Of a stretch of DNA of 64,000 nucleotides, positions 46,713-59,270 are shown piece after piece (the first letter of the stretch is position 1; every line of letters begins with the position of its first letter). This DNA is from Marsupella aquatica (Eukaryota > Plantae > Marchantiophyta): contig OZ316893.1 of assembly GCA_973895155.1 (NCBI GenBank), positions 5,594,171-5,658,170 of the forward strand. The letters are read 5' to 3'. The notes beneath the pieces were generated by a model. It was not told the DNA's origin, ran no database searches, and saw only the letters and a list, made by a program, of their open reading frames with translations. Both the position numbers and the translations under genes were made by a program.

Positions 46713-48275
46713 ATGGGTGAACCGAACATGACTTCGAAGGGAAAGGTTCTATCTACTGGGCTCAATCAAATCCTTGATTCACAATGGATAGCTCCAGTGC
46801 TTCTGCTGATGGTGTTGACAATTACAGTGCAACATCTGGTTTGTGGATCGAATTCCAGGAAGTTGAATCTGCCACCCATGCCCAAAGGTCTGCCGATTCT
46901 TGGTACAATGCTCAAGACCAGAGGCCCGAAAACTCACCGAATTTTGATCGACGTCTCCAAAGAGTATGGACCCCTATTTGCGCTTAAAACTGGATTGAGG
47001 CATTTCATTGTTGTCACATCAGCCGACATTGCCCACGAGGCCTTGATAAAGAGTAGTCAGGTGTTTTCGACTCGCCCCAGATTGCTGTCCCGGTTGAATT
47101 TCACAGGCTGGAGGAGCGTTAATTCTGCACTCTATGGCCCGTACTGGCGTGACATCCGCAAGAATTTGGTGACTCAAGTGCTCTCGACCTCGCGAGTGGC
47201 AGCATTCCAACCTTTCCGCGAGATGGAGCTGAACAATTTGATCGAGAGGTTGCGGAGTCAGGCCAAGAAGAATGACAATGTCGTGCCGGTGCTTTCCAAT
47301 TGCCGCCACACGGTGTTCGCCATTCTTCTCCACGTCTGTTTTGGCAGGAAGTTTGACATGTCCGTAATCGAAGAACTGGATGTCATTCTGCGAAGGCTTC
47401 TGGTCATCCTTGCGCCTCAGGTGATTGACTTCCTGCCATTCATCCAGATATTCTCGAAGAAACACAAGAATGAATGCCAAGAGTTACTCGGGCGCATGAG
47501 GAAGCTCTTTGCTCCGCTCATCGAGGAACACAGAGAGCTCCGCGACAGCGGACAACCGGCGTCAGGTGATTATGTCGATTCGCTCATCGTATTGCAAAAG
47601 CAGATAAATCTGAAAGAAACGGACGTTCTAGGCCTCATCGGAGAAGCGCTGGCAGGAGGCACCGACACAACTGCCAACGCTTTGGAGTGGACCATGGCAA
47701 ACGTGATGCAGTACCCGGAGATCCAAGCCAGATTGTACAAGGAGATCAAGAGCGTGGTGCCTGATGGCAGACCCGTGGGCGAAGAAGTTTTGGAGAAATT
47801 ACCTTACTTGCAAGCTGTTGTGAAAGAATCTCTAAGGAAGCACCCACCTCTCCCTTTCGGCATTACTCATGGCGTCACAGAACAGACCAAGCTCAGGGGT
47901 TATGACATTCCTGAAGATGCCTTCATACTCTTCCACATCCAAGCAATGCAGAACGACCCCGAGCGATGGGATGATCCGGAGAAATTCAACCCAGAAAGAT
48001 TTCTTTGTGCCGCTCCGAATCCAGACCACGACATGACCGGATCTCACGGGCCCAGAAGTTTGGACTTCATCCCATTCGGAGCCGGTCGGCGAATCTGCCC
48101 AGCGATGAATTTGGGACTCAAACACGTCCATCTCATTCTTGCGCGCTTGGTTCAGACTTTTGAGTGGAGCACTGTGACGCCCGGGCAAGCTGTGGATTTC
48201 TCGGAGGAGCTAGCGTTCACCATTGTCATGAGGAATCCTCTCTACGCTCGAATCCAAGAGCGATCCTCGCAATAG
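46713..48275 (+). CDS. Cytochrome P450, CYP71 clan, CYP77/CYP89-like, intronless
   Basis: N-terminal TM anchor, LPPMP hinge, VNSALYGPYWR, GGTDTT, ESLR, PERF, PFGAGRRICPA. Confidence 0.96.
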   Translation: MGEPNMTSKGKVLSTGLNQILDSQWIAPVLLLMVLTITVQHLVCGSNSRKLNLPPMPKGLPILGTMLKTRGPKTHRILIDVSKEYGPLFALKTGLRHFIVVTSADIAHEALIKSSQVFSTRPRLLSRLNFTGWRSVNSALYGPYWRDIRKNLVTQVLSTSRVAAFQPFREMELNNLIERLRSQAKKNDNVVPVLSNCRHTVFAILLHVCFGRKFDMSVIEELDVILRRLLVILAPQVIDFLPFIQIFSKKHKNECQELLGRMRKLFAPLIEEHRELRDSGQPASGDYVDSLIVLQKQINLKETDVLGLIGEALAGGTDTTANALEWTMANVMQYPEIQARLYKEIKSVVPDGRPVGEEVLEKLPYLQAVVKESLRKHPPLPFGITHGVTEQTKLRGYDIPEDAFILFHIQAMQNDPERWDDPEKFNPERFLCAAPNPDHDMTGSHGPRSLDFIPFGAGRRICPAMNLGLKHVHLILARLVQTFEWSTVTPGQAVDFSEELAFTIVMRNPLYARIQERSSQ

Positions 48276-51200
48276 CTCAAAAAGTCAGGCTGGTGTCGCA
48301 AAAAAGGTGACTCCTAAAGTTGTGGGGAGTCGACGTCTTTGTCGTAGACAAGCTTGATGAGGATCAAATTTTGAACTGTAGGAAGATGACCAGTGTGGAC
48401 GCTTCTGTTTGGTTGGTTCACAGTGGACAGAGTAGGAACGTAGGATTAAGATTGGATTACATGTGCTGTAATTAGAAATGAGTGCCTTCGGTTTTTCTTC
48501 GACACTGAAGCAACAGGAGGACATCGACCAAATTATTAGGCTCGTCATTGCGGATCACGTTCTATTAATGGATAAATCGCAGAGAATTGCGAACTTGGGA
48601 GTCGTAGCATACTAATCAAGCAAATGCACGCTTGTCCACGAAGCGAAACTGTAATAATTGCCGGTAACAGGAACGGCATTTTGTCTCCCGCATCGAAAGT
48701 AAAATCTTATATTGTGCGTTCATCAGTAATTGTGTTGCTATCATTTCGCTCTTAGGCAAGCGTGCAGCTACTGCCAAATGTGCCACGACTGTGACATTGT
48801 CGTACTCGGCAATTGCTCAGAACAACAACGATACGATCAAATGTGTTTTTGTACATGACATCTCGTGACCTTATGCTTGAATGGTCCTCCGGGGAGACCT
48901 TCTGCAAACACAGTTTGCGATGATGCGACTGCCTTGACCAACGTTGCATCGCATAGTTCGATGAACATTCTGGGCCTCCGCACAGGTCTCGCTTTCGCTC
49001 AATGATTCTTGGCAGCGGGTACTTATGCACGAGCATTCCTCACGTTTCACGATGTACCAGCGAGCGAGTTAATGTCAATTTATCAGACAGTGCCAAACTG
49101 CCACCAAGGTGCTTTCTGGACTGTACCAAGAAGATTGTCGAATTTTACCGGCGGTGATATGTTTTGATTCCTACGCTGTTCATAGGAATAACCATCGATG
49201 GTCTGGAACCTCTGTAATCATCTGGCAATGAAGACATCACCCAATTACGAGCCCAATTGCATTGTCAGAACTCAGCAATTAATGCTCCTGAAGCTGGTAC
49301 TCTCTGCTGCACATCATGTCATGTCTTCGTTAATGTTTTGGCCTTCCGTTTCTCGATTGGCCTTCCTCAGATTGCAAACCTCACCCAGGTACGGTCAATT
49401 ATGGATTTTCGTGTTAACAGTTGGGAATGTTCTCGGCTCACTGTTGAAACTTCACCGTACTCCCTGTCTCCCCCACTTTCGTTCTAACTTGATGACTGTG
49501 CCGATCATATCAGGCCACAGGATCGAGCTTGTGTGTGTTGCTACATACTTAGCAGGTTGTAGATTTGGGGTTTATCAGTCTGACGAAAGAAATTCTAGCC
49601 TAGTCGATTGCATTGCGTGTTGTCGCATATCCACCCGTACTAAGAGCCTTGTGTTTCCCTAGACCACGTCTTATATTTTCTCTGCCGACATGAGGCATGG
49701 AAACTTGACAGAATCGATGTAAGTGAAGGATGTTTGCTACAGGAGGTACACTCGAAGTGGATGTTGTTCTCAATCTCAAAGCAGGATGGAGATCCTATTC
49801 CCCTCTGCTATTGTGCTACATCTGCTCATTGGATTCTCCTTCTGGCACACAAGTCTTTATCACGAGGATGCACAAACGTTGAAGTCAACCGCAAATCCCC
49901 AGAGGGTTTCCTTACGATTTCAAGTGCATTGTGGGCAAATAGTGAGGTGAGCTATAGAAGGTGTGAAGTGGCACTCTCGGTTTTTAGTAGGAACCTTTCG
50001 AGCATTCTGTTTGGCATCGATGACTTGGAATTCATGAGAGTTTCCCAGATGTTATCCTAAAATGGTGGGGGTTGATACTCATTGTGGAAGCCATTACCGT
50101 AGGGACGATCAAGTTGGCACGGAAATAATCAGCTTGGATGTCGACTACTTGTGGAAGTTACGACCTTTTTGGCTTTCTCAGCATTGTACTTTGTTTATAA
50201 CCTTCTGTGTAGAGTAAGCCCTAAACTCTTGCACTTGGAGTGGTTTATACCACAACTCCCAGTATATAAGGAGCTGCGAATAGTGGGGCCTTAAAGGAGT
50301 GTCAAAAGTTTCTGAAGAAAGTATCAGGCAGGAGGAAGAGCAGAAAATAACAAAATTTATTTATTGTTATTTCCACCGTAGATTGCCTTTTTATGTGGAC
50401 TGAAAATATTTTTATTAGCAAAATACAATGACCTGTATAGATTTCAGTAGAGACCGAATCGATGGCCAGGAAGGCTTGGATTTGTTTTATTTTTCATTTG
50501 AAAACTATTCAACAATTTTCAAAAAGGAAAAAACCCATCCTCAGATCTCATTGAGATCTTTCATTTGAGCCATATATCTCTCACTAAAGTGGGAAGGATG
50601 AGATTCACAGAGATGATAAGAGCAGACGGCTCAGATCTTCTCCTCCCCCTGAAATTCAAAATTTGAATTGGACCAATCATATTTCGCCGTTTGTTTTTCT
50701 ATATTTTCTCACAAAATATTGAATCTTTTGTCTCAGTTGTTTGCGAGATGTAGATCATTGAGATCTACGTGTTGAGCCATAGATCGGATTGGATGGCATA
50801 GGATAGGCACAGATATAAGTAAAAATCCAATGGCTCAGGAGAGGCGCAGCTGCACTTCCAGATGATCGGGCCACACAGGAGGGAAATTATGAGGACTCTG
50901 AGTAACCCGGAGTCTCTTGTGGTAGTACTTGGGGTTTAAGAAGTTTGGTCCATCCAAAATCATGGCTATGATTGATCATGATATTTGACGTTGACTTCTT
51001 TTTACCAGATATTTTTTGACCACCAAAAAGGGAACATTTCTTTTACAAAAGAGAAATCAGCAAGATATCATCTAAGTAAAAATTGCTTTTCAAAACAGGA
51101 CTTAAAGGTTTCTACAGTCAATTCGAGCATCTTGTCTAATGCTGCAATTTACCAGAGCTTTGGGTTTCAATGTCAAGTCCTTCCTGTAGCTGATAACTTA

Positions 51201-51300
51201 AGGAATGTACAGCTTCCGAGCATGCAAGTGTAGATAGTTTGCATGGCCAAAATGCAAATTCACTAAAATTCTAGTCGATGGGCTCATAGTGTTTAAGGAC

Positions 51301-51487
51301 CCCATGGGAAACTCCTTTCAAAATCTTTAGCGCCACATTGAGCCACATCATCAGGTTCAATCACATATAGAAACAATCATGTATCTAGGAAGTATGTTCC
51401 CATGGGAAACTCCTTTCAAAATCTCTAGCACCACATTGAGCCACTTTATCAGGTTCAATGCCAGACAGAAACAATCATGTATATAGT
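51301..51487. repeat. Tandem duplication of ~98 bp
   Basis: CCCATGGGAAACTCCTTTCAAAATCT...AGAAACAATCATGTAT twice. Confidence 0.85.
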
Positions 51488-51672
51488 TAATTATGTTGGG
51501 TGTTTCTTAATGAGGTATTTGGTTGACCACTGGGAGAATGTACACAGCAGGCAAAATGCTGACATAAAGAAACAAGCAGACCTTAGCTGCACCATTAGGG
51601 TATTTGTGTGGTTCAACACTGATTTGTTGCCAGAAAGCATTTGAGAGCAATAGAGATGTAATCACCACTGGC

Positions 51673-51719
51673 TGTCAAATACAATGTAATGTATAGTCTA
51701 CATTACATTGTATTTGACA
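51673..51719. repeat. Perfect 21-bp inverted repeat with 5-nt loop
   Basis: TGTCAAATACAATGTAATGTA-TAGTC-TACATTACATTGTATTTGACA. Confidence 0.95.
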
Positions 51720-52399
51720 TATGTAATGTTTTCAAATTACAATGATTAATGAGATATAATCAAGTCAAAAAGCATTGTCGTGGCAGCAACTTAAAGCCCC
51801 AAAACCTGAAAACCACATAGACGAGTCTAGACGTTTCCAACAAGAAACAAGCAAAATTGTTTGTGTTTAATGCAAGGCAAGGAGATACAATTATACCCAA
51901 TAGTAGTAAAAAAAATAGAAAAAAATAGAAAAAAAATAGAAAAAAAATCTTAGAACAACAAACAATTGGGTAAAATCAAACAAATTTTTTTGGATACTTT
52001 TTAATTTTTTTTTTCAAATTTGAAAAAACCAACCAATAGAAATGTAAATAGTTAGGACTCCTTGGGCTTCAGAGTGTAAAACAAAATAATCAATCTATTA
52101 GAACATAACAAAATAATCAATCTATTAGTACATAAAGAAATGTATCAATGTAAGATTCATTGGAAAGTTGCCAAGAAATTTGAAAACTCGTGACCTCTTT
52201 AGTTCTTGATAAAATCTTCAAATGTCACACTCATTAGAAAGCTAGAGAAATTAGAAATTCATTATCTCTTTAGTACTCAACAAAATCTCTCAATGTTAGC
52301 CCGATTAGAAAGTTAGAGAAATTCACAAACTCATGATCTCATCAATCCTCGACAAAATCTGTGATTGTTAGATTCATTTAAAATCCCTGGGCCCCCACT

Positions 52400-54150
52400 C
52401 TTAGGTAAAACGGGTTGGACATGAGAACGATTCAAGGGTTGATTTAATTCATATTGAAATAATTTTTAGAATTGACTTGTAACTAAGTAACCCACTCTTT
52501 TATACAAATGTCACTTTCCAAATAAGGAAGGGCACTTGATATTACGCTCCCATTTGTTTTTGGGAAGGGAGTATATAATCATCTCCGCCACACAACATCA
52601 TCTTAGTGGTACACATGGCATCATCTAATAGGTACATGTGTCTATGCCTTTTGGTATGCCTTTGTAAGTTGTGGGCGGGGTTGTGGGGTTTAGGGTAGGG
52701 TATGTTGAGGGGTTTAGGGAGGATTTTTGGAACTGCCCTATGAGGAAACACATGGGGAAAATCCTTGCCCATTGGATCCGAGGGAGGGAAGATCTTTGAT
52801 CTTTGAGCTTTTGGCTGACCCAATTGCTTGCTCAAGGAGTTTGGTCCGTGTAGGCATTCAGGCAGTAGGGCGAGAGTGCTGGGATTCATGAGGGCCTTGG
52901 GTGGCAAGGTCCACCACTTGAATGAAACAAGAAAAACTAGAGATGTCACTCGTGCATCAGAATGTTTGGGTGGTAGTACAGGAATATTTTTCTGTTGTCC
53001 ATCAACTATGCCTTTCGCCGTGGGTTCATAATTAAAGAATGATTTGGAGATGGGTAAAAGATAAATAATGAATAATTGCAACATGAAAAACATCCAAGAT
53101 TGAAGTTGATCTAGGCAATTAGCTTTGATGAATATGGTACCAGCCATTCAAACTTAAGGGGACATATAATGAACACTAATATAGAGACCCAAATTCCTTG
53201 AGATTTTTTCCAAGTTGCTCCATGATCCCACATGCTTTGTTCATATAAGTAATCATATAGGTGGTCTCATAGGACTCATGCAACAAGGTGCATAACTTTA
53301 TTACAACACTTTAAAATATTTTCAAGGACAGGATTGGTTGTGTAGTAGCTCACTTAAGTGGAGATTGATAGGTCTTGGGTTCAACTGTCGTGACCAACTC
53401 TTTCGCTTTTTGTGGGGTTTCACAGATTTTCACTAAAAACCTTTAAAAAACTCAATTTAATAAATTCCAAGGACTTGTCTCATTAAATTTCAGAATTGCT
53501 ATAGAAAGATAGATAAGGGCCAATCATGAAATAAGTATTAATTTGAACTTGAGGATCTGTGGCAAAAGTGATTTATTTAAACTTGTAGAGCATTAAATTG
53601 CCATTGAGCATGCTCATCCTTGCACATGTCTCATTTTTGGTCGAGAATGGAATGATCTGTAGATGAAGTAGTTCCTTTTTGGCTATTACAAAGTATTTGT
53701 TACGATTGAGAGTGATTTTTACTATTCTGGTCATAATGGATGCATGTGCTGGACTTCTACTTATCTTCTTCCTGTAACACACATTTGAAAGGATGACTGA
53801 ATTGTGCTCCTATCTGACTAGACATTAATAGGGGCTGGGTATAGTCTTAAGGATGCTCCTAGAACATAATGTTTTCCTTTTCAATAGAGTATCTTCCTAG
53901 CTTTCAGACCCAAGGTGTCTTCCTTGTGGACTAACCTTGGGGATGGACACCATAAAATGAAGGTTCCCCTGAACCACAGGTAAATATCTGGAAGCATTCA
54001 AGCATATGACCTGGCTGTGGGAGGTATTCCCAACGAGGCTAGGAAATGAAGGTCTTGCTACATGTTATATCAAACTGCCAAAAATAAAAAGCAACAAACC
54101 TGCAGACATGGTACGAAAGGCAGGAGACCCAAAGCCTAAGAAGAAAAAGA
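52400..54150 (-). mobile_element. Possible highly decayed L1-type LINE remnant
   Basis: Weak echoes of RT motifs in plausible order (FIKAN.LDQ..W.FF, IVDGQ, YLLDD); many stops. Confidence 0.3.
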
Positions 54151-54636
54151 CTGAGCCAAAAAACCCGATAGTTCCTATATAGGCCAAAGAGCTAAAACCC
54201 TACGCAGTAGCAAACAGAAATGCCTCCTAAAGTCCTAAAGCTCCATACTATGTGCTACTTGCCATGCACCAGAGTCGGGACCACAGTGAGCACAAGTACA
54301 AGACTCTGAGACCACTATATTTGTTGTCACTAGTCTCAATACTCGTGCTTATTATACACCGGACAGGCTTTGTGGACCCACATATCTCATGCCCATCCTT
54401 ACTCACAAGATTAGTTTAAATATAAAAATGAATGAATGAAATATTTATAGCCTATAGATGGTTTCACTCTTTCAGTAGGTCATGAAAGTTCAACTTTGAT
54501 TGCAAATTCACAGTCTAGACAAGCTCAATACCTGTGTGGTGCACAAAAAATGTGGTTGCGCAAAAGATGTTTATAATTGAGATATGTCATTGGGGGAAGG
54601 ATGTATTAGAGAAAAAGACATTGTCATGTTAAAGAA

Positions 54637-55687
54637 AAATATACACACTTTTTATATACAAAGGGACCAAACAGAGTACAAATGAACAAACAAAAGAGGG
54701 CCCAAGTGGACAGAACCAATCGAAAAAGAAGTGAGCAAAAGGGAACCACTAAACACCAAGAAAGAGGAACTAAAAGTAAGAAATGAACAATAGGGAACCC
54801 CTAAAAACCAAGAAAGAGAGACTAAAACTAACCCAAGCGGACCGAGGTCCTCATCATTCCTACCGAATGTGGCAAAAAGCTAATGGTCCACATCAAGAGT
54901 CAAAACTAGATCGGCAAGTGGGATTCATTGGAACATCCTCTAGGGGAGCTAGCCGCTGCGGAGGCACACTAGCACCCACTGTAAGAGATCGACGATAGAT
55001 GGCCCGAGCTTGAGCACGCTGTAAGGTGACTGAAATGCGTTGGTGAAAGTGCGTGGTCAAAATAGAAAGCGGGGGTCCGGTGGGACCCATTCGGCCATGA
55101 ACATCCTGAGCAGCTTGCCGAAGAAGCCCATCAAACTGAGGATGAAGACGCCCAAATAGCTCCACAGCAAGGGGGAGGAAGCTGTCAGATGAAGCTCGTG
55201 CAGCATATTTGGCCTCCTTCGTTGTTGCCGCACGTGACGCTGCTGCCCCTGCCGTAGTTGCCGCTGTCCCAATGATGTCTTGGCGCAATGGGTTTGCCAC
55301 CACGACATCTGCCAAAGTACGTTGACCCTCACGGACCATGGTAAGATCCACCCGTAACCGCTGTGATGGAGGACCAGGTAACTCGAGTACCACCTCCCGC
55401 CGCACGCATACCAAAGAGCCAGAGAGAACCTGAGCAGTCGCATCTTGCACAGCGTCGTGAACAATAATGGTTTCACCTCCCAAACTGCACCGAAGAAGAT
55501 GGACACCTGTGGCATCACAAGGCTTCCCACAAGTGCAAGAAGGAGGTAAACCTGCAAGAAGTGGGTGGGGCAGCCCCAGACGAAGACGCATGGCTGTGGA
55601 GAACTCCGTTGAAGACATCCGCAAATGAGGAATGACTGGATTGGCCTGAAGCCATCCACCTGCGCCCTTCCCTCCGGAAGAAAGAAT
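54637..55687 (-). mobile_element. 5'-truncated CRE-like copy with open zinc finger/RLE frame
   Basis: GAGGWL, MRLRLG, CTC...DATGVHLLRC, HDAV, RVD...LADV, KEAKY, PLAVELFG, ISVTLQR; 3' UTR shared with other copies. Confidence 0.9.
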
Positions 55688-55794
55688 GTTGTGTAAAAGA
55701 TGTAGCTGTATAAAAGACCTCCTCCCACAAAAGAGTTGTTGTAAAACATATGGGGGCGAGCGTGAGACAAGTAGTGGCAGCCAAGACATGCTTT

Positions 55795-55962
55795 AAATAA
55801 CAAATAGGCCAATTTAATTGTGAAAATACTTTCTTTAAAGTTTTTGGGGGTTCTTAATTAAGTAGAAATGACAAAATTTAAAGAAAGAAACTAAGGGTTA
55901 AGGGGGTCAAACCCTAAAACATCGCACGCAATGAATCTCCCTCCATATAGTGACCCCCCCAC
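55795..55962. mobile_element. Partial MITE of the CTCGGGG family
   Basis: Reverse complement of the left half of 22483-22810, ending CCATATAGTGACCCCCCC; second TIR and TSD not found. Confidence 0.7.
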
Positions 55963-56374
55963 AAATGCATTGATCATCTAGATCAAACACTACAGTTCGT
56001 TGTTGTTGTTTGCTTAGTAAATGAATTCCATATAAATTATTGATTGTAATTTAAAAAGTAAATAAAATTAAGTTTACAAGAGAATTATTTTTGCACTCAC
56101 TCTTTGTTGTTTGGCATGCTAGTTTTCAAGTTTCTTAAGTTTTTACCATTCCTGGGCCTAACTGTTTTTGTCGGTGTGACCACAAAGTTGCGTTGTGGGG
56201 TACAATTCATAGTGCCATGCAAATTAGTAGACTAGCTAGTGTGGGTTGCATGGCACACCTTTTTTCACATTTGGGCCATGCTTGTTGGTGCAGTTCCTAT
56301 TTTAAATAGAAATCTGTACATAGTTTCTGGAGAGCAAAATGCTCCAATGACCTGACATGGTCTAAGTTCAAATG

Positions 56375-57476
56375 AATATACACATACTTTTTACAGAAAA
56401 AGGCCAAATAGAGTACAAAAGAATAAACAAGAGAGGTCCCAAGTGGACAAAATCAAACGCAAAAGAAGTGAGCAAAAGGAAACCCTAAAAACCAAGAAAG
56501 AGGAACTAAAAGAAGTGTGCAAAAGGAAACCCCTAAAAACCAAGAAAGAGGAACTAAAACTACCGTAAATGGACCAAGGTCCTCATCATACCTAGCAAAT
56601 GTGGCAACAAGCTAGTGGTCTACATCAAGTGTCGAAACTAGATCGGCAAGTGGGACAGGAATGTCCTCTAGGGGGGCTAGCCGCTGCGGAGTCACACTAG
56701 CACCCACTATCAGAGATCGACGATAGACGGCCCGAGCTTGAGCACGCTGTAAGGTGACTGAAATGCGTTGGCGAAAGTGCGTGGTCAAAACAGATAGCGG
56801 GGGCCCGGTGGGACCCATCCGGCCGTGAACATCCCGAGCAGCTTGGCGAAGAAGCCCGTCGAACTGATGATGGAGACGCCCAAATATCTCAAGAGCAAGG
56901 GGCAGAAGCTATCAGATGAAGCTCGTGCAACATATTTGGCCTCCTTCGTGGTTGCTGCTCGTGATGCTGCTGCCCCTGCCGTTGTTGCCGCTGTCCCAAT
57001 GATGTCTTGGCGCAATGGGTTTGCCACCACTACATCTGCCAAAGTACGGTGACCGTCACGGACCATGGTAAGATCCACCCGTAACCGCTGTGATGGAGGA
57101 CCAGGTAACTCGAGCACCACCTCCCGCCGCGCGCAGGCCAAAGAGCCAGAGAGAACCTGAGCAGTCGCATCTCTCACAGCGTCGTGAACAAAAATGGTTT
57201 CGCCGCCCAAACTGCATCGAAGAAGATGGACACCTGTGGCATCACAAGGCTTCTCACAAGTGCAAGTAGGAGGTAAACCAGCAAGAAGTGGGTGGGGCAA
57301 GCCCATACGAAGACGCATGGCTGTCGCAAACTCCGCTGAAGACAGCCGCAGGTGAGGAATGACTGGATTAGCCTGAAGCCAGCCTCCTGCGCCCTTCCCT
57401 CCGGAAGAAAGAATCCGAGCTCGGTCTGTGTCAGGTGCCTCGGTGAGGATGCTGGAAAGGGTGAAAGCGTGCATAC
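56375..57476 (-). mobile_element. 5'-truncated CRE-like copy with 7-bp TSD
   Basis: Homology to 35386-36040 plus RLE region; TCAAATG at 56368-56374 and 57477-57483. Confidence 0.9.
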
Positions 57477-57631
57477 TCAAATGGAGTCCTCAAGAGAGAA
57501 ATTATCTTTCAAACATTCATAATCATACTCTTTGACAGGGTTTTGGAAGAAAGCCTCATGGATGATAATGGAAGCTGAGGCTAGAGCAATTTTCAGTTGG
57601 AATTGGACTTTACAATTTTTAATTACTTCAA

Positions 57632-57820
57632 ATGCCACTAAAGATGTTCTAATTCACAATACTGCCATTTTTTAATTTTTTATTATAAAAATGCCACTAT
57701 TTTGTATATGGATGACAAAGTCTACCAAGGTAACTAGGGGAACTATATATATGAAAACGGTGGTATTTTTATAAATTAAAAAAATGATAGTATTGTAAAT
57801 TCAATGATCTTTAGTGGCAA
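57632..57820. mobile_element. Small fold-back/MITE-like element
   Basis: TGCCACTAAAGAT...ACAATACT...ATAAAAATGCCAC mirrored by GTGGTATTTTTATA...AGTATTGT...ATCTTTAGTGGCA. Confidence 0.6.
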
Positions 57821-58168
57821 TGTACTTAAAAGTTGTTGGACTTTAATGCCTTTTCTGGGTCCCATTGACCTGCAGCAAAAGTCAGACCTGGGCCTTAGCC
57901 GCACTGAAACTTGCCTCTCTCGAACCAGAATTGGCGCATTGGGGCCACATAGCTAGGTTCAGGGGAGCTCATTCACTCATTCAAAAATCTCTCGCGTGGG
58001 ACTGTGCCATCTCAAGACACATAAATGGCCATGGCTATAGATAATCTATGACAGTTCTCATTGTCAAGTCCAGGCCTGAGTTCAGGTCAATTGCCAATTA
58101 CCTACATCCAAGCCTACATCAATGGATGGGGACAAAGTGATAGTCCACCAAAGCATACTACTAGTGCA

Positions 58169-58513
58169 TGTTGAGCATAGACGACAATCGCAACGGTAAG
58201 CCCATGAACCATCCAACGCACAAGAGTCGACACAGAGAGATATGTGGTTCACCTCCACATGAGGCTACATCCACGGGAACACACATGAGCTTTACTGCAC
58301 TCTAGGCTGACCCGCCATACCAAACATCCACAGCGCAAGCTCTCTCTATCTCTCAACTAGCTCCGTAACAATGAGCCTGAGTTCCCACTCTCCAAGCAAA
58401 CACCGCTTGGTTATAGAGTGTGCACAACATGACTAATCTAACCAAGTCTGCGATTAAGGTTAGCCTTAACTACAGTACAGTCGTAACTCTAGACCTAAGA
58501 GTAAATCCTAACA
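58169..58513 (-). mobile_element. Solo LTR (Copia-type), copy 3
   Basis: TGTTGAG...CCTAACA; perfect TSD GTGCA at 58164-58168 and 58514-58518; homologous to 40523-40871. Confidence 0.9.
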
Positions 58514-58929
58514 GTGCAACTCACCTCCTATTGATACTAATTAAATATGTTAAGCATTTACTCTTGGATCTAGATTTACTATGTAACCGGCATAATTAAG
58601 TTACCTATGGTCAGGCACTTGGTTAAGAGTAGATGTGCCACTCATATTGAATTCACTAGCAACACTTAGTTACCTTGTGGATGGAGCTTAGTGTCATTGT
58701 TAGATAGCCATTTAAGAGATACTAGCCCAATTACCCGTCCCTTGAAAGGAAATAGATATGAAGAAAAACAATCATGCGTAATAAAAATTCTATGCTATTT
58801 CAGTTAATCTTTGCCCCATCCTTGTTTTTTTGTCTACCCTCATTTCAATTTTGTCTTTACTTAAAATCAATATCATTTTTATCCTCATTTATACTTTTTT
58901 ATTGAGGCTCATGATAACTTTTGTCATAT

Positions 58930-59270
58930 CACGGGTTACCGTCTAAAGGCTTCACTCTAGACCCTAGGCCGGTAATAATAAGATGGCAAGCTACTTGGTA
59001 TGGTCGCATGATGAACATAGAGTTCAGTAAAGTTATCAGTAAAGTTATCTGGTGTGTTCCAATAATGGTAGCCTTTGGAGATGAGGTAAATCATGTATGT
59101 CTTGTCTATTTCTTGTGTCAACTATTTAAGTGTTTGGGTATGGTCACACTATAACCCTAGAGTTCCTTAAAGTTATGAGTAAAGTTATCTTGTGTGTTCC
59201 AATAATGGTAGCCTTTGGAGATGAGGTAAGTCATGTATGTCTTGTGTCAACTATTAAAAGTGTTAGTTGA
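58930..59270 (+). repeat. Degenerate LTR-related fragment with internal duplication
   Basis: AGTAAAGTTATCT.GTGTGTTCCAATAATGGTAGCCTTTGGAGATGAGGTAA.TCATGTATGTCTTG twice; resembles the 3' half of the solo LTRs. Confidence 0.55.

Noticed and set aside
46713-48275. P450 as a retrocopy because it lacks introns
   Set aside because: CYP77/CYP89-type genes are normally intronless; no poly(A) tail or TSD seen
48752-50060. Several 75-154 aa ORFs downstream of the first P450
   Set aside because: No recognisable motifs; lengths compatible with chance
52542-53147. 201-aa ORF as a host gene
   Set aside because: No coherent domain; at best a frameshift mosaic of a decayed LINE
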